From: an uncultured bacterium
GTDB lineage: Bacteria > Patescibacteriota > Minisyncoccia > Phycocordibacterales > GWA1-40-21
NCBI GenBank assembly: GCA_903831305.1
Contig: CAIKXE010000004.1
Span: forward strand, 83,524-147,523
Length of the DNA stretch: 64,000 nt
Reading direction: 5' to 3'
Shown here one piece after another: positions 54,772 to 63,986 of this stretch. Position 1 is the stretch's first letter. The number at the start of each line of letters is the position of its first letter. The notes beneath the pieces are model-generated. The model saw only the letters and a program-made list of their open reading frames with translations, did not search any database and was not told where the DNA came from. The position numbers and the translations under genes were made by a program.

Positions 54772-57591
54772 ATGGAAAATGGACTACAAAAAATAGAGCA
54801 AAAGTTTTCTTCTCCACAGGAGGAGCTAAATTATTTACGTGAGCAAGTGGCTCGGCAGGAAAAAGTCCTGATAGAGAAAGGGGAGAGTGTGCCTAGAGAA
54901 GACATCATCACCGATAAAATAATTGATTATAAAAATACTAGGCCCGAGGAGGCTTTACAGCCAGACTATCAGTTGAAAACGGCGGAGGTGGAGGCGATTG
55001 TTTTGGATCTGTCGCCGGAGGAGCACGATGCTAAGATGGAAGAGATGGTTACTATTTTACAGCACAAGGGCTTGATGAATGCTTTGTCTGTGGTGGAGAG
55101 TTTAAAGGACGCACATCTAGATGATGATTTCCACCGTTTTTTAATCCAATATATCAAGGCTGGTCTGCCACTTGGGGCGGTGAAGGAGAGTAGCCCATTT
55201 TTTAAGGCTCTTAAAATGACTTTATATGAAGTAGCTTTGCCACAAGCTGAGGAGGAAGAAAAAGGCAAGCAGAAAAATTTGAAAGAGCTTATTTCTAAAA
55301 TGGAACAGTTTTACGCTGGTATGCTTTCAGTCTCCGCAGAAAAGGCGGGCCCAGATTATCTGACGATAGAGCTTGCTAACGCTAACAAGAGTGCGGAGTT
55401 TATTTTTTATGTTTCTGTTTCGGATGCTAAAAAGGAGTTATTTGAAAAACAAATCATGTCTATTTTCCCTGAGGCTAGGATCCTGGAGAAAAAAGATGAT
55501 TATAATATTTTCAATGAGCAAGGGGTGTCAGTGGGCTCTTATGCCAAGCAGGAGAAAAACCATATCTTCCCATTAAAAACCTATGATAAGTTTGATTATG
55601 ACCCACTCAATGTTATTTTAAACAGTTTTTCAAAAATTGACCGTGATGGTGAAGGAGCCAGCATCCAGATAGTTTTTAAGCCAGTGGGGGAAAAATATGT
55701 GAGTTTTTATAAAACCGCTTTGAAGGACTTTTCCAAGGGGATGAAGCTTAAAGAAGCGATAGATATGGACCGCTTCTCCTTTTTTGGCGAGACCAAGAAA
55801 ATATTTAAAGAGATTACTGATAGCTTTGTGGAAGGAAAAAAAGAAAAAGAAAAGGAAAAAGGTTTGGCTGATCAAAAGACCTTGGATATGGATAAAAACG
55901 TGCTGGAAAACTTAAATGGCAAGATCAGCACACCCACGGTGGAGACAAATATCCGAATTATTGCATCATCCCGCACAGAGGCTGAAGCTCTGTCCATCCT
56001 ATCTGATCTGGAGTCCGCTTTTAATCAGTTTGAAAATACGGGTAGTAATAAACTGTCCTTTAAACGTCCGGAAGGTAAGGACCTCAGACAGTTTTTCCGT
56101 GAGTTTTCCTTCCGGGTTTTTATGGCTAGCCAAAAGATGCCCTTAAATATCAGGGAAATAACCAGTATGATGCATTTACCGGAGAATGAAATCTTGGGGA
56201 CCTCACAACTCAAGCAGAGTAAGGCCGGTAGTGCGCAAGCTCCGCTTGACCTACAGAAGAACGGTATTTCCCTTGGTAAAAATATTCACCGTAATGTGGA
56301 GACGGACATTTATATGTCACCGGAAGACCGTCTCCGTCACTTATATATCATTGGACAGACGGGTACTGGTAAAACTACTTTATTAAAGCAGATGATTAGA
56401 CAGGATATTTTAAATGGTGATGGTGTTTGTATGATTGATCCGCATGGTTCAGATATTCAGGATGTCTTATCATATGTGCCGAAAGAGCGCCTGGAGGACT
56501 TGGTTTACTTTGATCCATCCTACACCGCTCGGCCGATGGGCCTAAATATGCTGGAATATGATATTCGTTTCCCGGAGCAAAAGACTTTTGTGGTAAATGA
56601 AATGCTTTCCATCTTTAATAAACTCTTTGACATGAAGGTAGCTGGTGGCCCGATGTTTGAGCAGTATTTTAGAAATTCCGTGATGCTGGTATTGGAAGAT
56701 CCAGAGAGTGGTAATACTTTGCTTGACGTTTCTCGGGTTTTGTCCAACAAGCAGTTTAGGGATTTGAAGATTTCCAAATGTAAGAATCCGCTCGTTATAC
56801 AATTTTGGAAGGAGATAGCGGAGAAAGCCGGCGGAGAAGCCTCTTTGGCTAATATTGTGCCTTATATTGTCAGTAAGTTTGATGTCTTTTTGCAGAATGA
56901 TATTATGCGACCAATCATTGCTCAAGAAAAATCCTCTTTTAATTTCCGTGAGATAATGGATCAGAAGAAAATCCTTCTGGTGAACTTGTCCAAGGGACGC
57001 CTAGGGGATATCAATGCCAATTTGATTGGTCTGATCATTGTAGGTAAAATCCTGATGGCGGCTTTATCACGGGTGGATTCTCTTGGTAAGGACTTAGCAC
57101 CATTTTACTTATATATTGATGAATTCCAAAATATTACCACGGATTCTATCTCTACTATTTTCTCGGAGGCCAGAAAGTACAAATTATCACTTACTGTTGC
57201 CCATCAATTTATTGCTCAGCTGGAAGAGGATATTCGGGATTCCGTTTTTGGAAACGTGGGATCCATTGCTTCTTTCCGGGTTAGTTCGGAGGATGCTGAA
57301 TATTTGGAAAAGCAGTTTGCGCCGACTTTCTCCGCCAAGGATTTGATGAGTATAGATAATTTGAATTGTTATATGAAGATGCTTGCTTCTGGCCGGCCGG
57401 TCAAGCCATTTAATTTGTTTATCCCCTTTCCACCACGTGGGGATAATGCCTTGATTGACAAAGTAAAGGAACTTTCCTATCTTAAATATGGTCGGGATCG
57501 TGAATTAGTGGAGTCAGAAATAATGAAGAAGTATGAGAAAAAGCCACTTGAGGAGGCGCCGCCAGTCCCGGTTAGCCCATTTAAGATTTAA
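54772..57591 (+). CDS. large P-loop NTPase (939 aa): novel N-terminal ~480 aa + C-terminal TraD/VirD4/HerA-FtsK-like ATPase domain
   Basis: Walker A IIGQTGTGKTTLL, IDPHG, Walker B YLYIDEFQN, HQ sensor; no TM segments seen. Confidence 0.55.
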   Translation: MENGLQKIEQKFSSPQEELNYLREQVARQEKVLIEKGESVPREDIITDKIIDYKNTRPEEALQPDYQLKTAEVEAIVLDLSPEEHDAKMEEMVTILQHKGLMNALSVVESLKDAHLDDDFHRFLIQYIKAGLPLGAVKESSPFFKALKMTLYEVALPQAEEEEKGKQKNLKELISKMEQFYAGMLSVSAEKAGPDYLTIELANANKSAEFIFYVSVSDAKKELFEKQIMSIFPEARILEKKDDYNIFNEQGVSVGSYAKQEKNHIFPLKTYDKFDYDPLNVILNSFSKIDRDGEGASIQIVFKPVGEKYVSFYKTALKDFSKGMKLKEAIDMDRFSFFGETKKIFKEITDSFVEGKKEKEKEKGLADQKTLDMDKNVLENLNGKISTPTVETNIRIIASSRTEAEALSILSDLESAFNQFENTGSNKLSFKRPEGKDLRQFFREFSFRVFMASQKMPLNIREITSMMHLPENEILGTSQLKQSKAGSAQAPLDLQKNGISLGKNIHRNVETDIYMSPEDRLRHLYIIGQTGTGKTTLLKQMIRQDILNGDGVCMIDPHGSDIQDVLSYVPKERLEDLVYFDPSYTARPMGLNMLEYDIRFPEQKTFVVNEMLSIFNKLFDMKVAGGPMFEQYFRNSVMLVLEDPESGNTLLDVSRVLSNKQFRDLKISKCKNPLVIQFWKEIAEKAGGEASLANIVPYIVSKFDVFLQNDIMRPIIAQEKSSFNFREIMDQKKILLVNLSKGRLGDINANLIGLIIVGKILMAALSRVDSLGKDLAPFYLYIDEFQNITTDSISTIFSEARKYKLSLTVAHQFIAQLEEDIRDSVFGNVGSIASFRVSSEDAEYLEKQFAPTFSAKDLMSIDNLNCYMKMLASGRPVKPFNLFIPFPPRGDNALIDKVKELSYLKYGRDRELVESEIMKKYEKKPLEEAPPVPVSPFKI

Positions 57592-57674
57592 TAGTGCATC
57601 AGCAGGAAATATTTAATTTTAAAAGTCCTCCAGACATTTTAAAATTAAACATTTCTTGTTGATGAGAAAATAAC

Positions 57675-58271
57675 ATGCAAAACGAAAAAACCTTTGTCAT
57701 TATCAAGCCGGATGGAGTCCAACGTACTTTGATTGGGGAGATCATCAGACGTTACGAGCGGATGGGCTTAAAAATGGTTGCCTTAAAGATGCTCGTGCCG
57801 ACAGCAGAGATGGCTGAGAGACATTACACCTTGGATCCAGAGTGGCTCCGCAAGGTGGGGGAGAAGTCAATCGCTAGTTATAAAGCTAAAAATATTCCAG
57901 CTCCCTCTGATGATCCGATTACCTTGGGGAAAAAAGTTTTAACTCGTTTAGTTAAGTTTGTGACTTCTGGTCCGGTGGTGGCCATGGTCTGGCAAGGGGC
58001 GCACGCTGTGGGAATAGTCCGAAAGATGACTGGTGGCACAGAGCCCTTAAGCTCAGATATTGGTACAATCCGGGGTGACTTTGTGCTGGACTCTTATCAG
58101 ATTGCTGATGTCTCAGATCGAGCTATTCGTAATCTGGTCCACGCTTCCGGTTCGGTAGCGGAGGCCGAGAATGAAATAAAGCTTTGGTTCAAACCGGAGG
58201 AAATACTGAATTATAGGCTTATCCAGGACGCTATCCTTTACGATGTAAATTTAGATGGTATATTAGAGTAA
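57675..58271 (+). CDS. ndk: nucleoside diphosphate kinase (long form)
   Basis: TFVIIKPDGVQR, catalytic His in NLVHASG. Confidence 0.88.
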   Translation: MQNEKTFVIIKPDGVQRTLIGEIIRRYERMGLKMVALKMLVPTAEMAERHYTLDPEWLRKVGEKSIASYKAKNIPAPSDDPITLGKKVLTRLVKFVTSGPVVAMVWQGAHAVGIVRKMTGGTEPLSSDIGTIRGDFVLDSYQIADVSDRAIRNLVHASGSVAEAENEIKLWFKPEEILNYRLIQDAILYDVNLDGILE

Positions 58272-58546
58272 AAGCTATTGCATTTGACTAGGTGGAGTTT
58301 ATAATAAGAGCAGGAGTTATTTAAGGTATTTTCTAGCTTAAATAATTTTTAAGGGAGTTCTATATCGGTAGTGACCTTGGTCATCTATCTGCGGACACCC
58401 ACCTAGAATCATTTCTGGGGAATACCTCTGAGTAACTCCTATAAAGAACCCATCCTGAGGTTTACGAAGGGTGGATTTTTTATTTCTTGCACCGCGTAGC
58501 TAATTTAGCTTTGGAAATTAGTGAAGTGGTGTGGTATAATTACCAC

Positions 58547-59023
58547 ATGTTCAAGCAAAAACCATTTCCGTTCTCGCTGATTGTATTAGCTGTTTTGGTT
58601 TCTTTGCACTCTCTTGGCTCATATCTTTCCTGGTATTGGTTTTACCCGTGGTTTGATATGCCAGTCCATATTATAAGTGGGTTATGGATAGCTCTGGTTT
58701 TTTTATGGCTTGCCTCTATTTTTGGGGAGCTCAAATCCTTGAGAAATTATAAAATCAAGGCTTTCCTCATCGCTTTTATTACTGCCGCTTTTGTGGGTGT
58801 GGCCTGGGAACTGATTGAAAACTTTACCCAGATCACCTCTGTTCGGTCTCCGGATTATAGTTTTAATACTACAAAAGATATTTTGAGTGATTGTCTTGGT
58901 GGTTTATTAGCTTTTTGGTATTTTATTCAAATAAAAAAATGTACTTTTAAGAAAGAGGATTATTATTCTTTGCATCCCTTTTATGATAAGACCGGTATTG
59001 TTAATCATGAAGCCAATGTCTAA
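58547..59023 (+). CDS. hypothetical membrane protein (4 TM); ATG lies 8 nt after a TATAAT box (possible leaderless start); alternative start 58487
   Basis: hydropathy by eye; TATAAT at 58533-58538. Confidence 0.35.
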   Translation: MFKQKPFPFSLIVLAVLVSLHSLGSYLSWYWFYPWFDMPVHIISGLWIALVFLWLASIFGELKSLRNYKIKAFLIAFITAAFVGVAWELIENFTQITSVRSPDYSFNTTKDILSDCLGGLLAFWYFIQIKKCTFKKEDYYSLHPFYDKTGIVNHEANV

Positions 59024-60383
59024 ATTAACTTTTTATGGCGGGACGGGAACAGTGACAGGAGCAAATTTTTTACTGGAAATAGATGGTTGCAAAATATTAG
59101 TAGACTGTGGTTTGGTGCAGGGACATCAAGCAGCTGAAAACCTAAATCGTTCAGAGTTTCCTTATAATCCGGCGGAGGTTGATTACCTTTTAGTGACACA
59201 TGCTCATATTGATCATATCGGCCGTATTCCCAAATTAGTAAAGGACGGTTTTTCTGGTCAAATAATCAGCACGCCCGAGACGAGGGAGATCGCTGAATTT
59301 TTGTTGGCAGATATGGTCAAGATTTTAGACACGGAGGCCAGGCATGATGGCGTCTTGCCTATATACGGTGCTTCAGATATTGCTCCGGTCCTGGCTCTTT
59401 GGAATACCTTGCCTTATCATACGGCAAAAGAGTTAAAAGGCGGGGTAAGTATTTATTTGAAGGATGCCGGACATATTTTAGGCTCTACCATGATTGAGCT
59501 ATCTCATAATGATAAAAAGATTGTTTTTACTGGTGACCTAGGTAATTCACCATCTATCCTACTGCGTGATACAGAGGAGATTACGGATGCGGATTATATC
59601 TTGATGGAATCCGTCTACGGTGACCGCAATCATGAGCCTAAGGAAGAGAGAAGAAAGAAACTATCGTCCGTAGTGGCTGACGTGGTGGCTAATAAGAAGA
59701 CCTTGATTATTCCGGCTTTTTCTCTGGAGCGCACCCAGATGATTATCTATGAATTGAATGAACTATTTGAAAATGGTGAAGTAAAGGCCAAGGTACCCGT
59801 TTTCCTAGACTCACCACTCGCCATAAAGATTACTGGTGTGTATGAAAAGTATACGGAGGATTTTAATGATAAAGCTCGAGCGGATATAAAATCTGGTGAT
59901 GATATTTTTAACTTTCCTGGTTTGAAATTTATTGTTCAAGGTGGGGATTCCAAGATGATTGATCAGGTGCCTGGGCCAAAGATCATTATGGCCGGCTCGG
60001 GGATGTCTGTGGGTGGGCGAGTGATTCTCCATGAGAAGCATTATATTTCAAATCCAAATGCGGAGATTTTGTTTGTGGGTTATCAAGCAGTGGGAAGCCT
60101 TGGGCGCAAGCTTCAAGACGGGGCGCAGAAGGTAAATATTTACGGTGAGGAAAAAGTAGTTAAGGCTAAGATAGAATCTATCAGTGGATATTCCTCGCAT
60201 AAAGACTCTGATCACTTATTGGAGTTTGTAGCTAAGGCCACGGAAGGAGGAAAGTTAAAGCAGGTCTTTGTGGTGATGGGGGAGCCCAAGTCCTCAATGT
60301 TTTTGGTGCAAAAATTACGGGATAATCTAGGGGTGGAGGCCATATATCCAGAATATAAGCAGATAAATGAGATTGACTTTTAA
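59007..60383 (+). CDS. MBL-fold beta-CASP ribonuclease (RNase J-like)
   Basis: HxHxDH motif (THAHIDHIG), beta-CASP motifs, C-terminal His. Confidence 0.7.
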   Translation: MKPMSKLTFYGGTGTVTGANFLLEIDGCKILVDCGLVQGHQAAENLNRSEFPYNPAEVDYLLVTHAHIDHIGRIPKLVKDGFSGQIISTPETREIAEFLLADMVKILDTEARHDGVLPIYGASDIAPVLALWNTLPYHTAKELKGGVSIYLKDAGHILGSTMIELSHNDKKIVFTGDLGNSPSILLRDTEEITDADYILMESVYGDRNHEPKEERRKKLSSVVADVVANKKTLIIPAFSLERTQMIIYELNELFENGEVKAKVPVFLDSPLAIKITGVYEKYTEDFNDKARADIKSGDDIFNFPGLKFIVQGGDSKMIDQVPGPKIIMAGSGMSVGGRVILHEKHYISNPNAEILFVGYQAVGSLGRKLQDGAQKVNIYGEEKVVKAKIESISGYSSHKDSDHLLEFVAKATEGGKLKQVFVVMGEPKSSMFLVQKLRDNLGVEAIYPEYKQINEIDF

Positions 60384-60385
60384 TT

Positions 60386-60412
60386 AAAAAACCTCCGAGC
60401 GGAGGTTTTTTT
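60386..60412. terminator. hairpin aaaaaacctccg-agc-ggaggttttttt (bidirectional)
   Basis: read directly. Confidence 0.7.
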
Positions 60413-60415
60413 AGA

Positions 60416-60760
60416 CTATTTGACTTGAGCGACGACTCTTTTGAAAGTATCAAGGTTGTTCTCCGCGAGGTCAGCCAGGATCTTGCGGTCCACTTCAATA
60501 TTTTTCTTGTGCAAAGCGTCAATGAATTTGCTGTATGACAGGCCTTCAGGTCTCACGGCAGCGTTGATCTTTACATTCCATAAATTACGCATGTCACCCT
60601 TTTTATCTCGGCGGTGAGCAAAGGCGTAAGCCCCAGCATGCATCATAGCCTCGGTGGCGTTTGCCTCCTTGGTGGATCGGCCAAAACGGTAACCCTTAAC
60701 TTGCTTTAAGAGATTGCGTCTGGTCTTGGTTTTTAGTACTCCTCTTTTTACTCTGGTCAT
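60416..60760 (-). CDS. rplT: 50S ribosomal protein L20
   Basis: MTRVKRGV...typical L20. Confidence 0.92.
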   Translation of the reverse strand: MTRVKRGVLKTKTRRNLLKQVKGYRFGRSTKEANATEAMMHAGAYAFAHRRDKKGDMRNLWNVKINAAVRPEGLSYSKFIDALHKKNIEVDRKILADLAENNLDTFKRVVAQVK

Positions 60761-60796
60761 TTTGGTTTAGCGGTTAATTAATAATCTTTAAATATT

Positions 60797-60982
60797 TTAG
60801 GCTCCGTTTAGGAAACGAGCTTTAGCTTTGTTCTTAAAATTCACATTCAAGGTCCTCTTCTTAGCCTGCTGGCTACGGCGACTTTCCTTGGAATTGAAGT
60901 GATTTTGGCCAGCCTTACGACCGATGATTTTACCGGTTCTGGTCACTCTGAGTCTTTTACTAAATGATTTGTTTGTTTTCAT
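60797..60982 (-). CDS. rpmI: 50S ribosomal protein L35
   Basis: MKTNKSFSKRLRVT... typical L35. Confidence 0.9.
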   Translation of the reverse strand: MKTNKSFSKRLRVTRTGKIIGRKAGQNHFNSKESRRSQQAKKRTLNVNFKNKAKARFLNGA

Positions 60983-61015
60983 TTTTTTACTTTATAAACT
61001 TTATAACCTTTTACT

Positions 61016-61528
61016 TTATAACTTTTCAATCACCATGGTTAGTCCTTTCAACCCTTTTTTAGGACTCTCCGCCACTTTATATTTCTCAGTGATTAATTTC
61101 AAAATTCGATCTAACCTTTCATTTAAAAACTTGAAGTCCATATACTTGGCCCGGCCCGTGATGAATAAATCAATCTTTATTCGGTGACCTTCGGCCAGCC
61201 ACTCGGAAGCTTTTTTGGCTTTGAGCTGTAAATCATGCTCGTCCGTGGCTATCTTGACCTGTAAACTCTTGGTTTCAATGGTCTTGATCTTGGTTTTGGC
61301 TTCTTTATGCTTCTTCTTCTCGTCATACTGATACTTACCAAAGTCCGTAATCTTGCAAATTGGCGGAACAATATTGGGTGATATCTCTACCAAATCCAAG
61401 CCAAACTCCTGGGCCTTAGCCAAAGCGTTTTGCAAGGGGAGTACCCCGAAGTTTTCACCGGCCGGGCCGATTACTCGTAGTTCCGGAGACTTTATTTGAT
61501 GATTTATTCTGATTTTAATATTGCTCAA
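61016..61528 (-). CDS. infC: translation initiation factor IF-3 (TTG start)
   Basis: N- and C-domains; non-ATG start is typical for infC autoregulation. Confidence 0.9.
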   Translation of the reverse strand: MSNIKIRINHQIKSPELRVIGPAGENFGVLPLQNALAKAQEFGLDLVEISPNIVPPICKITDFGKYQYDEKKKHKEAKTKIKTIETKSLQVKIATDEHDLQLKAKKASEWLAEGHRIKIDLFITGRAKYMDFKFLNERLDRILKLITEKYKVAESPKKGLKGLTMVIEKL

Positions 61529-61597
61529 CTTATTTGTAACAGTTATTTGAGAGACTTAGTTATAGCATTTTTTCCTTTTTTGGGCAAGTATTTTGGG

Positions 61598-61624
61598 CGA
61601 GTCGGGTGGAGATGGGCGAAACTC
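61598..61624 (-). repeat. degenerate direct repeat of the tmRNA 3' end (GGTGGAGATGGGCGaaactcgaccc)
   Basis: shares TGGAGATGGGCG with 61795-61806; T-arm degenerated. Confidence 0.45.
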
Positions 61625-61794
61625 GACCCTTACAGGGTCAGTACCCGTGTTTGGATTTTTTATTCTCCTTCGAAAGACTCAGGATCTAAAAAATCTCAAA
61701 CAGGCTTCGCTTCCGCCCCGTAAGCAAAATCATTTGCTTACTCATCTCCACATAACAAAAATCGCCCATCAGAATGAGCGGGTTTTTGTACATG

Positions 61795-62208
61795 TGGAGA
61801 TGGGCGGAATCGAACCGCCGTGCATAAGAGTATCCTAATTGCTTCTACAAAGTCTAGTTAATTTATCTTCACTTGCGTGAATTTAAGTCTGTGATTTCAA
61901 AAAGAACAAAATGATCACAAACCGATCCTCTAATTTCTTTCCGTACCGAGAAAATTACGGAATATAATCTAATTTTATGTCACCCAGACCAGTTTATTAG
62001 ATATGGACTGATTGGATGCCGCTTAGGTTTGTTTTATGAAACGTAAGCGAAAGCAAAGTTGTTGGCCGCAAAATATGGGGACACAACAGACTTTACTCTT
62101 GAAACAATGCTATTAGCAGTTGTTTGTTTATTAACATTTTAGGTGTGTATAATAATGCACCACTTTGCGCAATCAAGGACAGATCAGATGTCTAGGCCGA
62201 TCATCCCC
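61795..62208 (-). ncRNA. ssrA: tmRNA (ssrA), ~414 nt
   Basis: 5' GGGGATG pairs with 3' CATCTCC-A; 3' T arm GGCGG-TTCGATT-CCGCC; smpB 0.4 kb away. Confidence 0.6.
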
Positions 62209-62301
62209 CTAAAACATTTTATCGGATAAAATGTTCGGGCGACCAATTTTAGGAAAAATTGGTTTAGCCCAAAAACATTATCTTTAAAATATCTAGTCAT
62301 A

Positions 62302-62574
62302 TTATAAAGTATGACCTATTTTATTTATATATTCATTTAGAATTTTTCTTTTCTCTCTAGCACCCCAGAGACTTTTTAAAAATCTTTCTTTGTTAAACGC
62401 AGCAGTTTTGCTTGGGGCTTCTTCTAAATGAATTCTTACTAAAGGACGTCTATTTTTCGTGGTAAGTACTTTTCCAGAATTATGTTCTTCTAGTCTTTGG
62501 TCTGGATTTTGTGTACATCCAACATATAGGCGATTATCTTTTTTGCTTAGTAAAATATAAACAAAATAGGGCAT
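62302..62574 (-). CDS. GIY-YIG nuclease family protein (90 aa, YhbQ-like)
   Basis: FVYIL...LYVGCT...R..EHN motif set. Confidence 0.75.
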   Translation of the reverse strand: MPYFVYILLSKKDNRLYVGCTQNPDQRLEEHNSGKVLTTKNRRPLVRIHLEEAPSKTAAFNKERFLKSLWGAREKRKILNEYINKIGHTL

Positions 62575-62579
62575 ACTTA

Positions 62580-63029
62580 TTATTCATTTTTCAAAGTGCG
62601 GCGTATATCACGATCTGTCTCGCGTTTCTTGATAGTCTCGCGTTTATCAAAGCTCTTTTTACCCTTGGCAATACCGAGTTCTAGCTTGAGCTTTCTACCT
62701 GTATTATACACCGCTATAGCCACAATTGTCAAGCCTTTCTTGTTTTCAATCTCAGTCAGCTGTTTGATCTCTTTTTTGGTCAATAAAATCTTTCGATTTC
62801 GGAGAGGGTCGTAATCAGCAGGAGTATTAGTGGCCTGATAGGCGGGGATATTGGCGCCAATGAGGAAGGCTTCTCCACCGCGGACCGTGACATAAGCGCC
62901 ATCGAGCTGACCCTTTTTCCCCCGCACACTCTTTACCTCCAAGCCTAAAAGCTCTAGCCCGGCGGTAAATTTGTCCGTGATTTCATAGTTAAAGTATGCT
63001 TTTTTATTTTGTAGTAAACTTTCACTCAT
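62580..63029 (-). CDS. smpB: SsrA-binding protein SmpB
   Basis: KAYFNYEI..., C-terminal basic tail; canonical SmpB. Confidence 0.92.
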   Translation of the reverse strand: MSESLLQNKKAYFNYEITDKFTAGLELLGLEVKSVRGKKGQLDGAYVTVRGGEAFLIGANIPAYQATNTPADYDPLRNRKILLTKKEIKQLTEIENKKGLTIVAIAVYNTGRKLKLELGIAKGKKSFDKRETIKKRETDRDIRRTLKNE

Positions 63030-63089
63030 GACAGTATCTTAGCATATAGGCTTGTTTGTTTATAGTGTTTTGTCTGTCTTTATGAAAAT

Positions 63090-63986
63090 GTGGTTGTGTG
63101 CTATATTGTGTTTATGGAAAACCTAATAATATTAAAAACTAAAACCAGTGCGGATTATGAACTCCTAGACTCTGGTGATGGGGAGAAATTAGAGCGTTTT
63201 GGTGAATATACCTTGCGTCGTCCAGATCCGCAGGCTCTCTGGAAAAAAGCTTTGGATGAAAAAGAGTGGAAGAAGGCCAGCGCCTCTTTCATCCGGGAGG
63301 GGGACAATGCCAAATGGCGTATTAAAGACAGCTTACCGAAGGAATGGGTGATAGGCATGCTTGATTTAAGGTTTTACATCAAGCCCACGGCTTTTAAGCA
63401 TACTGGTCTTTTTCCCGAGCACGAGGCTAATTGGCAGTGGATTATAGGGAAGATAAAAGAAGCCGAGCGACCAATAAAAGTTTTAAACCTTTTTGGTTAT
63501 ACGGGCGGGGCTACTTTAGCGGGGCTGACCGCTGGGGCCGAAGTGACGCATGTGGATAGTTCTAAAAGCGCCATCACTTGGGCCAAGCAGAATGCTGAGG
63601 CTTCAAAGCTGGACACAAAAAAGGTGCGCTTTATTGAAGATGATGCTCGCAAGTTTGTCCTGCGGGAAATAAAGCGGGGAAATAAGTATGACGCTATTAT
63701 TATGGATCCGCCCGCTTTTGGTCATGGGGCTAATAATGAATTATGGAAGATTGAAGATGATTTTATCAAATTATTGGATTCTTGTTTGGAAATTTTATCT
63801 GATAAACCGCTGTTTGTTTTGGTGAATGGTTATTCCGCTGGTTATTCCGCCGTCGCTTATGCTAATAGTCTTTCACCGCTCGTCAAAAAGTATGGTGGAG
63901 ATATAGAAAGCGGGGAGTTGACCATTGAAGAGTCAGCTGCCGGCCGCCTCCTTCCAGCCGGTATCTTTTCCCGCTGGTCAAAATAG
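63090..63986 (+). CDS. class I SAM-dependent rRNA methyltransferase (RlmI/RlmK-like catalytic domain)
   Basis: VLNLFGYTGGATLAG SAM motif I, IIMDPPAFG motif IV (DPPxF). Confidence 0.65.
   Translation: MVVCYIVFMENLIILKTKTSADYELLDSGDGEKLERFGEYTLRRPDPQALWKKALDEKEWKKASASFIREGDNAKWRIKDSLPKEWVIGMLDLRFYIKPTAFKHTGLFPEHEANWQWIIGKIKEAERPIKVLNLFGYTGGATLAGLTAGAEVTHVDSSKSAITWAKQNAEASKLDTKKVRFIEDDARKFVLREIKRGNKYDAIIMDPPAFGHGANNELWKIEDDFIKLLDSCLEILSDKPLFVLVNGYSAGYSAVAYANSLSPLVKKYGGDIESGELTIEESAAGRLLPAGIFSRWSK

Noticed and set aside
58487-58546. Upstream extension of the membrane-protein ORF (track start 58487, MHRVANLALEISEVVWYNYH...)
   Set aside because: The extension has no SD and overlaps a TATAAT box. 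The ATG at 58547 gives a protein that starts directly with a TM helix after a basic stretch. It is kept as an alternative only.
61795-61872. A conventional minus-strand tRNA ending at the TTCGATTCCGCC T-arm near 61800
   Set aside because: The 75 nt upstream (rc) lack a matching 5' acceptor strand and D and anticodon arms. The matching 5' acceptor GGGGATG lies 414 nt away, which together with adjacent smpB fits tmRNA rather than tRNA.
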